Assembly: GCA_043824255.1 (NCBI GenBank)
Contig: JBDRTG010000032.1
Location: forward strand, 1-25,073
Direction of reading: 5' to 3'
From: a bacterium
Lineage (GTDB): Bacteria > JAHJDO01
Length of the DNA stretch: 25,073 nucleotides
The notes under the pieces are model-generated. The model saw only the letters and a list, made by a program, of their open reading frames with translations, did no database searches and had not been told where the DNA came from. Shown piece by piece: positions 17,617-25,073 of the stretch. The position numbers and the translations under genes were made by a program. Within the stretch, counting starts at the first letter, position 1; each line of letters starts with the position of its first letter.

Positions 17617-18896
17617 TAGATTCTCACATTACTGAACAAAAGGCTAAGCGCTATAAACGTGAAATATTCATATTCAGAAGATGGAATTTTATCTTCAATA
17701 TTGCTGAACATTCCTTTGATGTATTTGGTAGAACATTTGTTTCAGTAGTAACGGTATTACCAGTTTTCTTAAGCTTTCTCACAGATTCAAAAACTGTTAT
17801 AGGGCTGATTCCCGCTACTTTCGTTTTTTTCTGGTTGGTTCCACAGATATTATCAGCATATTTTACAGAACCGATTAAACAGAAAAAAAGGATAATTGTT
17901 TTTCTCAAAATAATCTACGCTCTTCCATGGCTGATACTTGCTATTTATTTTCTTGTTTTTTTTAAAGCGTCTTCCCAACTAGCTCTTGTTGTTTTCTTTA
18001 TTGCATTTGCCATTTATTCTCTTTTTGGAGGATTGGCTACACCAACATGGCTTGCTTTTGTTGGAAAACTAATTTCCAGAAACAGAAGAGGTGCCTTTTA
18101 TGGTTTTTGGTATGTAATAGGGACAACGCTTGCTGTGTTAGGAGCTTTTGCAATAAAATATATCCTTGCAGCATATCCCTTTCCTGTTAATTTCGCCATA
18201 TGTTTTTTACTGGCATTTTCATTTCTCTGCCTTGCAAATACTTTTCTTGCTATAACAGTAGAGCCTCATCCTCCAAAAGTCGCTGATAGAATATCTCCTA
18301 AGGAATATTTTTCCAATACTAAATCAATATTAAAAAATACATCTTTTTTAAGATTTGTTCTTTGTATGATAATGCTTGGGTTTGGGCCAGCAATGGTCAA
18401 CGCATTCTATATTATCTATGCAAGAGAAAACTTTAATATTCCTATTGGAGATGTTGGAACGTTCACAGCAATTCTTCTTATATCACAGATTATAGCTGCT
18501 GCTGTTGGAGGAAGATTAACTGACAAATTAGGAGCACAACCTGTATTTTTAATTTCTTTGTTGTCTGCAGGACTTTGTAGTATATGGGCTTTAATTACTA
18601 CCAGTGTCACAGGACTATATGTAATATTTAGCCTTATGGGTCTGTATTTAGGATTTTCGGTGGTTTCTTATCATAATCTCATTCTTGAGATGGCACCCTC
18701 TAATAAAAGAGCAACATATATTGGATTGTTAAATACCTTACGAGCTTCTTTTGTTGCGATTGGACCAATCATGGGAGGAATGATAATAGACCATATTTCT
18801 TACAGGTTGGTATTCATTCTTGCTACTATTAGCACCTTAATTTCTATAGCATTGGTTATTGTGCCATTCAAGAAAAAGAATTTGGGAGTGGCATGA
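17613..18896 (+). CDS. MFS transporter
   Basis: About 12 hydrophobic segments; GGRLTDKLG motif A and RRGAFYG. Confidence 0.88.
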   Translation: MIDSHITEQKAKRYKREIFIFRRWNFIFNIAEHSFDVFGRTFVSVVTVLPVFLSFLTDSKTVIGLIPATFVFFWLVPQILSAYFTEPIKQKKRIIVFLKIIYALPWLILAIYFLVFFKASSQLALVVFFIAFAIYSLFGGLATPTWLAFVGKLISRNRRGAFYGFWYVIGTTLAVLGAFAIKYILAAYPFPVNFAICFLLAFSFLCLANTFLAITVEPHPPKVADRISPKEYFSNTKSILKNTSFLRFVLCMIMLGFGPAMVNAFYIIYARENFNIPIGDVGTFTAILLISQIIAAAVGGRLTDKLGAQPVFLISLLSAGLCSIWALITTSVTGLYVIFSLMGLYLGFSVVSYHNLILEMAPSNKRATYIGLLNTLRASFVAIGPIMGGMIIDHISYRLVFILATISTLISIALVIVPFKKKNLGVA

Positions 18897-19522
18897 GAAC
18901 AAAAATTTTCATCTTATTGTTTCTACAAGTTACTGCGTTTGCTTATTGTGAGGTCAATTTGGTTCCAAATGGTGATTTTGAGAAAGGACGACTTATGCCT
19001 GCTCATTGGGGATCTAATGCGAGAAAGGATTCTACAGTACAGATATATGAAAGCGCGAAAGGCAGAGTAATAGAAGACAAAAATCTCCTGTGGAACAAAA
19101 CAGAATCGCATGCAGGCGGATGTATTGAGTTCAGGCTTGATGAGCCAGCAAAGCAATGGACATCCATCGCTGCGACAAGCGGAATGGAATATGAAAGCGA
19201 ATATATTCCTTGCGCATATAACCAGAAATATAAAATTAGTATAGACATTAAAAGCGTAGGTATTAATGGAAAGAAAAATGGCCCCAAGGTTATTGTGTTT
19301 GTTAAAGCATACGGGGATGATAAGAAAAAGATGAAATCCTTTGAGGTGTATCGTGCTCCTATGCATTGTTACCCCGAAAACCCAGGGGATTGGAGTACAT
19401 GCTCAAGAACATTTAAAATTAAAGTATCAACTGCTCAGAAAATGAAGGTAGTTGTGTATGCATACTGGCCAAAAGGCGTTGTATATTTTGATAATGTGAA
19501 ATTAATAGAGATTAACGAATGA
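18893..19522 (+). CDS. Secreted protein with carbohydrate-binding-module-like (CBM4/9-type) fold
   Basis: Signal-peptide-like N-terminus, NLVPNGDFE start and GVVYFDNVKL end. Confidence 0.6.
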   Translation: MRTKIFILLFLQVTAFAYCEVNLVPNGDFEKGRLMPAHWGSNARKDSTVQIYESAKGRVIEDKNLLWNKTESHAGGCIEFRLDEPAKQWTSIAATSGMEYESEYIPCAYNQKYKISIDIKSVGINGKKNGPKVIVFVKAYGDDKKKMKSFEVYRAPMHCYPENPGDWSTCSRTFKIKVSTAQKMKVVVYAYWPKGVVYFDNVKLIEINE

Positions 19523-20346
19523 AAATTTTTAATGTCAAAAAAGAAATAATAGAAAACAAAAAAGTCTCTTCCCATTGTTATAAAATGACATTCGAGTCAA
19601 AAGAAATAGCTTGCAGGGTAAAACCAGGACAATTTCTGCATATAAAATGCTCGGATACATATGATCCCTTATTAAGAAGACCCATCAGTGTTCATAGTAT
19701 AGAAAACAATATTATTGGAATTCTTTATAAAGTAATTGGAAGAGGAACAGGATTATTATCTAAGAAGACCTCAGGAGAGCCCATAGATGTTATAGGTCCA
19801 TTAGGCAATGGTTTTGATTACCAATTAATTTCCAATTGCCAATTGCCAATTCTTGTTGGGGGAGGTATAGGAATTGCGCCATTATATTTTCTTGCTCAGA
19901 GACTTGTTGAGAGAGGCTCAAATATAACTGTTCTTATTGGTGCGAGTAATAAATGCAACATTTTCTGCATAGATGAGCTTAAAAAATTGGGTTGCAAAGT
20001 GAAAGTATCTACAGATGATGGAAGCGCAGGAATAAGCGGAACAGTCGTTGACTTATTAAAAAAGGAACTTGTCCCCCTAAATTCAAAATTCAAAATTCAA
20101 AATTCAAAATTCAAAATTTTTACTTGTGGGCCTGTCCCTATGCTGAAACAGGTTAATCAACTAGTTTGCAAGTATAATGTTTCCTCTCAGGTCTCATTAG
20201 AAAGGCAAATGGCGTGTGGTATTGGAGCGTGTATGGGATGCACAATTAAAATTCAAAATTCAAAATTCAAAATTCAAAATTATAAACAGGTTTGTAAAGA
20301 CGGTCCTGTCTTTGATATAAAAGAAATTGCTTGGGAGGAGACGTGA
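19519..20346 (+). CDS. pyrK: Dihydroorotate dehydrogenase B electron transfer subunit
   Basis: PGQF, LRRPIS, GPLGNGF, GGGIGIAP, CGPVPM and MACGIGACMGC...CKDGPVF motifs. Confidence 0.95.
   Translation: MKIFNVKKEIIENKKVSSHCYKMTFESKEIACRVKPGQFLHIKCSDTYDPLLRRPISVHSIENNIIGILYKVIGRGTGLLSKKTSGEPIDVIGPLGNGFDYQLISNCQLPILVGGGIGIAPLYFLAQRLVERGSNITVLIGASNKCNIFCIDELKKLGCKVKVSTDDGSAGISGTVVDLLKKELVPLNSKFKIQNSKFKIFTCGPVPMLKQVNQLVCKYNVSSQVSLERQMACGIGACMGCTIKIQNSKFKIQNYKQVCKDGPVFDIKEIAWEET
19821..19852 (+). repeat. CCAATTG-type heptamer repeats inside pyrK
   Basis: CCAATT at 19821, 19832, 19839 and 19846. Confidence 0.65.
20079..20118 (+). repeat. (AAATTCA)5 tandem repeat inside pyrK
   Basis: Five perfect units plus AAATT; encodes NSKFKIQNSKFKI. 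Confidence 0.95.
20249..20281 (+). repeat. (AAATTCA)4 tandem repeat inside pyrK
   Basis: Four perfect units plus AAATT; encodes KIQNSKFKIQN between 2Fe-2S cysteines. Confidence 0.95.
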
Positions 20347-21254
20347 GTAAATTAAGTCTTGGTGTGGATATTGCAGGAATAAAGATGAAAAATCCAATAA
20401 TAACGGCTTCCGGCACATTCGGATATGGCTTGGAGTATTCACAACTAATAGATATAAAAAATTTTGGAGCAATTGTTACAAAGACTATAACTCTGGAACC
20501 AAGGATTGGTAATCCTCAACCTAGAATTGTGGAGGTAGTTGGTGGTATGCTGAATTCAATAGGACTTCAGAATCCAGGAGCTAAGGTTTTTATTGAAGAA
20601 AAACTACCGAAGCTAAAAGGGTATAGGGTGCCAATTATAGCAAATATTTCAGGTAGCAAGGAGGCAGAGTTTGTCAAACTTGCTGATCTATTGAAAGATA
20701 TTGGATTATCAGGTCTAGAGCTAAATATTTCCTGCCCAAATGTGGAACATGCAGGACTATTTGCCCAAGACGCAGATACAACTTATAAACTTGTTAGAAA
20801 GGTAAGAAAGGTTACAAGTTTGCCATTGATTGTTAAACTTACTCCTAATGTTACAGATATTACACTAATTGCCAGAGCAGCAGAAGACGGGGGCGCAAAT
20901 GCAATATCCTTAATCAATACTCTAATAGGCATGAGTATAGATATTCAGACAAAAAGACCTAAGCTGGCAAATGTCATTGGAGGGCTGTCAGGCCCTGTGG
21001 TTAAACCAGTAGCATTAAGAATGGTCTATGAAGTATTTAAAAAAGTGCACATCCCAGTAATCGGGATTGGGGGAATAATGACTTCAGACGATGCTATTGA
21101 ATTTTTACTTGCTGGGGCAAGTGCAGTTGCCATTGGCACAGCAAACTTTGTTAATCCTAATACTTGTTGTGAGATTATAGAGGGCATTAAAAGATATATG
21201 AAAAACAACAAGCTTAGCAATATATCAGATATCGTCGGGCGAATTAAGGTATAG
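20343..21254 (+). CDS. pyrD: Dihydroorotate dehydrogenase family 1B catalytic subunit
   Basis: KNPIITASGTFG, NSIGLQNPG, ELNISCPNV, VKLTPNV and GGLSG motifs; GTG 20343 follows GGAGG and overlaps the pyrK stop. Confidence 0.96.
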   Translation: MSKLSLGVDIAGIKMKNPIITASGTFGYGLEYSQLIDIKNFGAIVTKTITLEPRIGNPQPRIVEVVGGMLNSIGLQNPGAKVFIEEKLPKLKGYRVPIIANISGSKEAEFVKLADLLKDIGLSGLELNISCPNVEHAGLFAQDADTTYKLVRKVRKVTSLPLIVKLTPNVTDITLIARAAEDGGANAISLINTLIGMSIDIQTKRPKLANVIGGLSGPVVKPVALRMVYEVFKKVHIPVIGIGGIMTSDDAIEFLLAGASAVAIGTANFVNPNTCCEIIEGIKRYMKNNKLSNISDIVGRIKV

Positions 21255-21280
21255 ACATAAGGGAAAATTTTAAGGCAGTA

Positions 21281-22141
21281 ATGAGCAGCCTTTCTCTAAA
21301 ATCCTACGCAAAAGTTAATTTGTTTTTAGAGGTATTGGGGAAAAGAAGTGATGGATATCATGAGATCGAAAGCCTGATTCAAGAAATAAGTCTATGCGAC
21401 AATATCCTGCTGGAAGATAGACTGCGAAGTGTAACCATTCTCTGCCCAAATAGAGAAATCAACATTCCATCCAACCACAACAATCTGGCATACAAAGCAG
21501 CAAAACTACTTATAGAAAGATTCAATATTAAAAAGGGGATTTCTATTACAATTGACAAAAAGATACCTGTTGGATCTGGTTTGGGTGGCGGTAGCAGCAA
21601 TGCAGCTTCAGTTCTCAAAGGATTAAATCAACTCTGGAATATTGGGTTAAAAAACGCCCAATTACAGGAATTAGGAGCAGAAATAGGTTCTGATGTTCCA
21701 TTTTTCATTAATGGTAAAACTGCACTGGTAAAAGGGCGAGGAATAAAAATACACACTTGCTTTACTATGCCTAAGATATGGCTTGTTCTAGCCATTCCGA
21801 ATGTAAGTGTTTCAACAAAATGGGCATATAGAAGACTGGATAGTGAGTTGACAAAAAATATAAATAGTGCTAAATTGCCAAGACTCAAGAAGTTACAGGT
21901 TAAGAATATAATGAATAATTTGTTTAACAGATTGGAGGGGGTGGTGTTTAAGGAATATCCTCTTATTAAGGCCATTAAGGAGAAAATAATAGCTTGTGGA
22001 GCAAGTGGCGCCTTGATGAGTGGAACAGGGTCTGCAGTTTTTGGTATAGCCTCAAGCAAAGACGAAGCTTATAAAATAGCCAAAAAAATTTCTAATGACC
22101 CAAAATTAGAAGTAGTTTGTTATGTGGCAAGTGGTCTTTGA
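21281..22141 (+). CDS. ispE: 4-diphosphocytidyl-2-C-methyl-D-erythritol kinase
   Basis: AKVNLFLEVLGKRSDGYHE, IPVGSGLGGGSSNAA, GSDVPFF and MSGTGS motifs. Confidence 0.97.
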   Translation: MSSLSLKSYAKVNLFLEVLGKRSDGYHEIESLIQEISLCDNILLEDRLRSVTILCPNREINIPSNHNNLAYKAAKLLIERFNIKKGISITIDKKIPVGSGLGGGSSNAASVLKGLNQLWNIGLKNAQLQELGAEIGSDVPFFINGKTALVKGRGIKIHTCFTMPKIWLVLAIPNVSVSTKWAYRRLDSELTKNINSAKLPRLKKLQVKNIMNNLFNRLEGVVFKEYPLIKAIKEKIIACGASGALMSGTGSAVFGIASSKDEAYKIAKKISNDPKLEVVCYVASGL

Positions 22142-22174
22142 AGTAGGAAACAGCAAATTAAGGAGTGAATTCCA

Positions 22175-22717
22175 ATGGAAATTACAGAAGTAAAAGTTAG
22201 ACTAAGGGATAGAGAAGGAAATAAATTAAAAGCGTACGCAACTGTTATTTTTGACGATTCTTTTGTTGTGAGAGACTTAAAAATTATTGATGGAAGAAAA
22301 GGATTGTTTGTAGCAATGCCTTCCCGGCAAGTAAGAGAAGCATGTCCCAACTGCCATCATCGCAATGCTCTCAGAAGCAGATTTTGTAATCAGTGTGGCA
22401 AGGCTCTCGAATTTCAGAGTGTTCTAAGAAAAGAAGGAGAGGATAATAGAGTAGATGAGCACAGAGATGTGGCGCATCCAATAACTACAGAAGCCAGAGA
22501 TTATCTACAAAAAAAGGTATTAGAAGCTTATGAGGCAGAAAGGGCAGAATTGCCTCAGGAGGTTAAACCTGAGATTGAACCTGAAGTTGAACAGCCTATA
22601 AGCACTGAGCCTGGTATTGAGCAATCGTCAGAAAACATTGAACAGCAATCTGAAGATACTCCTGAGCAATCACCAGAAATCGAGCCCAATACTGGTCAAA
22701 CAGAGAAAACTGAATAG
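22175..22717 (+). CDS. spoVG: SpoVG-family protein with zinc-ribbon insertion and acidic tail
   Basis: MEITEVKV, LKAYATVIFDD, GLFVAMPSR and HRDVAHPI motifs; CPNC...CNQC insert. Confidence 0.9.
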   Translation: MEITEVKVRLRDREGNKLKAYATVIFDDSFVVRDLKIIDGRKGLFVAMPSRQVREACPNCHHRNALRSRFCNQCGKALEFQSVLRKEGEDNRVDEHRDVAHPITTEARDYLQKKVLEAYEAERAELPQEVKPEIEPEVEQPISTEPGIEQSSENIEQQSEDTPEQSPEIEPNTGQTEKTE

Positions 22718-22741
22718 ATAAGTCAGGAATAATAATTTAAT

Positions 22742-22812
22742 TGCCCGGTAGTGTAATGGTAACACATCAGTTTTTGGTACTGAGATTCAAGGTTCGAGTC
22801 CTTGCTGGGCAA
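22742..22812 (+). tRNA. tRNA-Gln(TTG)
   Basis: TGCCCGG/CTGGGCA acceptor stem, TCAGT-TTTTGGT-ACTGA anticodon arm, GTTCGAGTC T-loop; CCA not encoded. Confidence 0.95.
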
Positions 22813-22824
22813 CATATAGTATAT

Positions 22825-22901
<77 letters not shown>

Positions 22902-22917
22902 ATTCAAAGATTTTTGG

Positions 22918-22938
22918 AACCCCGTTTAGGGGTTTTTT
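22918..22938 (+). terminator. Intrinsic terminator after tRNA-fMet
   Basis: AACCCC-GTTTA-GGGGTT followed by TTTT. Confidence 0.7.
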
Positions 22939-22959
22939 GTTAACTGGGGTTTGTAAATA

Positions 22960-23424
22960 GTGAATATCGAAGCGATTAACCAAGTGTTACAACCTGTCAT
23001 TCAGACGATGGGTTACGAGTTTGTTGGCATAGAATTTTTGCCGGGCCGTATTGCTACGTTGCGTATTTATATTGATCGTTCTGAAGGCATTGCACTTGAG
23101 GATTGTCAAAAGGTCAGCAAACAGGTTGGTGCGGTTTTAGATGTTGAAGATGTGATTTCCTGGAAATATCGCTTAGAAGTTTCTTCTCCAGGCGCGAATC
23201 GCCCGCTGTTTACGTTGCAACAGTTTGAACACTTTGTGGGGGAACAAGTGGTGCTGCATCTCGCACAACCCATTCATGAACATAACCAATTGAAGGGGCG
23301 TATCAACGCTGTAAAAGACAATGTAATTGAGGTGTTAACACAAGAAGGAACAGTCAATATTCCTTTTGAACAGATTCAAAAAGCGCATTTGGAACGACAA
23401 TATGCGTTCGGTTCTAATGATTAA
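22960..23424 (+). CDS. rimP: Ribosome maturation factor RimP
   Basis: LRIYID, LEDCQKVS, LDVED and YRLEVSSPG.NRPL motifs; upstream of nusA. Confidence 0.96.
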   Translation: MNIEAINQVLQPVIQTMGYEFVGIEFLPGRIATLRIYIDRSEGIALEDCQKVSKQVGAVLDVEDVISWKYRLEVSSPGANRPLFTLQQFEHFVGEQVVLHLAQPIHEHNQLKGRINAVKDNVIEVLTQEGTVNIPFEQIQKAHLERQYAFGSND

Positions 23425-23442
23425 TTTCTGTATGAGGCAACA

Positions 23443-25073
23443 ATGATGAACAAACAAATTTTGGATGTTGTAAAAGCAGTTTCTTACGAAATGGATGTAT
23501 CGAAAGAAGTGATCTTCTTAGCGATCGAAGCCGCATTAGAACTTGCGACGAAGAAACGGCATTTAGCTAACATTGATGTGAAGGTGTCCATTGATCGTGA
23601 TACAGGGCATTACGCAACTTATCGTCGATGGACCGTAGTAGATGAACAGGACGAAGCCATCGAATTTAATCCAGAGATTCATTTCACTTTGAAAGATGCC
23701 TCTCAAAAAATTGAAGAAAAAAAATGTTTAGAAGTTCAGACCGAAACACGAATCAAACATCGTGAAGATGAAGAGGACACTCAACCAGAAGAAGAAACTG
23801 TGCATTGTTGGTTTTTATGTGCATCAGAAAGCGTTGCCTGTTTTGATTTGGAAGAAGCAAAAAAGAGAGGGTATGAACCGACGTTGACAGATCAACTTTT
23901 AGAAGAAATTCCATCCATTGATTTTGGACGCATTGCTGCGCAGACAGCAAAACAAGTTATTATTCAAAAAGTGAGAGAAGCAAAACGCGCCAAAATGGTA
24001 GACGCTTATCGTTCTCAAATTGGTAAATTGATTAATGGCTCTGTGAAAAAGACAGGACGAGAAGGCGTCTTTTTAGATTTAGGAGACAATGCCGAAGTCT
24101 TTATTCCTCGCGAAGAGATGTTGCCCAATGATTCTGTGCGCATGGGCGATCGTCTTCGAGCCTATTTGTCTAGAATCAAAGTCGATGCGCGTGGTCCTCA
24201 ATTATTAGCCAGTCGTACAGAAAACGAGATGTTGCACGAACTTCTGCGCATCGAAGTGCCGGAAGTGGGAGAGGAAACCATCGAGGTAAAGGCTGTTGCT
24301 CGTGATCCTGGGTTGCGTGCAAAAGTGGCGGTCAAAACGAATGATGGGCGAATTGATCCCATTGGCGCATGCGTTGGTATGCGAGGTTCTCGTGTGCAAG
24401 CTATTTCGAATGAATTAGCTGGCGAACGTGTCGATATTATTTTGTGGGACGACAATCCGGCACAGCTCGTGATTAATGCGATGGCTCCTGCGGAAGTGGC
24501 GTCGATCGTCATGGATGAAGATACTCATGCGATGGATATTGCAGTGAATGAAGATCAGTTGTCTCAAGCAATTGGCAGAGGCGGTCAAAACGTTCGATTA
24601 GCAAGCGCATTAACCGGTTGGACCTTAAATGTGATGTCTACCAAAGAAGCAGAAGAGAAGAGTCAAGAGGAGTCCAATCAATTGCAGAAGATGTTTATGG
24701 ACCGTTTGGATCTTGATGAAGATGTTGCAGAAATTTTGGTGAGAGAAGGGTTTACGACTTTAGAAGAAGTAGCGTATGTCCCCGTGCAAGAATTTTTGAA
24801 TATCGAAGAATTTGATGAAGAAATCGTGGAAGCATTGCGTGAACGGGCGAAGGAAAAAATTAGTGAAGAAGACAGCCAAGCGCATCCCAGCGATGATTTG
24901 GTAAATATGAAAGGCATGGATCAAGCTCTCGCACATGTATTGGCCTCCCATGGTATTAAGACGATGGAAGATTTGGCAGAACAATCCATTGACGAATTGA
25001 TGGAAATTGAAGGCATGACGAAAGAGAAGGCGGGCAATTTGATTATGACGGCAAGAGAACCATGGTTTAAATA
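23443..25073 (+). CDS. nusA: Transcription termination/antitermination factor NusA (stop cut by the window edge; absent from the ORF track)
   Basis: My translation from ATG 23443 reads [14 protein letters not shown]...[20 protein letters not shown]...[12 protein letters not shown]...[15 protein letters not shown]...[13 protein letters not shown]...[11 protein letters not shown], then TA. Confidence 0.97.
   Translation, partial: MMNKQILDVVKAVSYEMDVSKEVIFLAIEAALELATKKRHLANIDVKVSIDRDTGHYATYRRWTVVDEQDEAIEFNPEIHFTLKDASQKIEEKKCLEVQTETRIKHREDEEDTQPEEETVHCWFLCASESVACFDLEEAKKRGYEPTLTDQLLEEIPSIDFGRIAAQTAKQVIIQKVREAKRAKMVDAYRSQIGKLINGSVKKTGREGVFLDLGDNAEVFIPREEMLPNDSVRMGDRLRAYLSRIKVDARGPQLLASRTENEMLHELLRIEVPEVGEETIEVKAVARDPGLRAKVAVKTNDGRIDPIGACVGMRGSRVQAISNELAGERVDIILWDDNPAQLVINAMAPAEVASIVMDEDTHAMDIAVNEDQLSQAIGRGGQNVRLASALTGWTLNVMSTKEAEEKSQEESNQLQKMFMDRLDLDEDVAEILVREGFTTLEEVAYVPVQEFLNIEEFDEEIVEALRERAKEKISEEDSQAHPSDDLVNMKGMDQALAHVLASHGIKTMEDLAEQSIDELMEIEGMTKEKAGNLIMTAREPWFK

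Noticed and set aside
20079..20281. CRISPR array or frameshifted pyrK pseudogene
   Set aside because: The units are 7 nt with no spacers, and the frame and all cofactor motifs are intact.

Overview
AT-rich bacterial chromosomal window in four parts. (1) 1-4175, minus strand: tRNA-Leu(CAG), then a phage/island-type tyrosine integrase, then a co-oriented array of three integron-style gene cassettes. The cassettes encode two trypsin-like serine proteases and one hypothetical protein, each closed by an attC-like site, and a probable IS1182-family element starts at the GTT of the last site. The integrase is not an IntI: it lacks the IntI-specific insertion and has an arm-binding-type N-terminus with arm-type repeats nearby. 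The attC array plus non-IntI tRNA-site integrase is the most unusual feature. (2) 4300-14658: rpoN, a stand-alone Ser/Thr kinase, a nagB-pta-ackA-GlmU-like-ACP cluster, a glycoside-hydrolase-like gene, a cupin isomerase-like gene and an 18-codon FGGY-kinase remnant. (3) 14655-22812: a PyrR-attenuated operon (pyrR-pyrB-pyrC-MFS-secreted protein-pyrK-pyrD) with heptamer repeats inside pyrK, then ispE, a zinc-ribbon spoVG and tRNA-Gln. (4) 22825-25073: tRNA-fMet-rimP-nusA with gammaproteobacterial character and different codon usage, suggesting a chimeric join or transfer. All calls come from reading motifs by eye; no searches were run.
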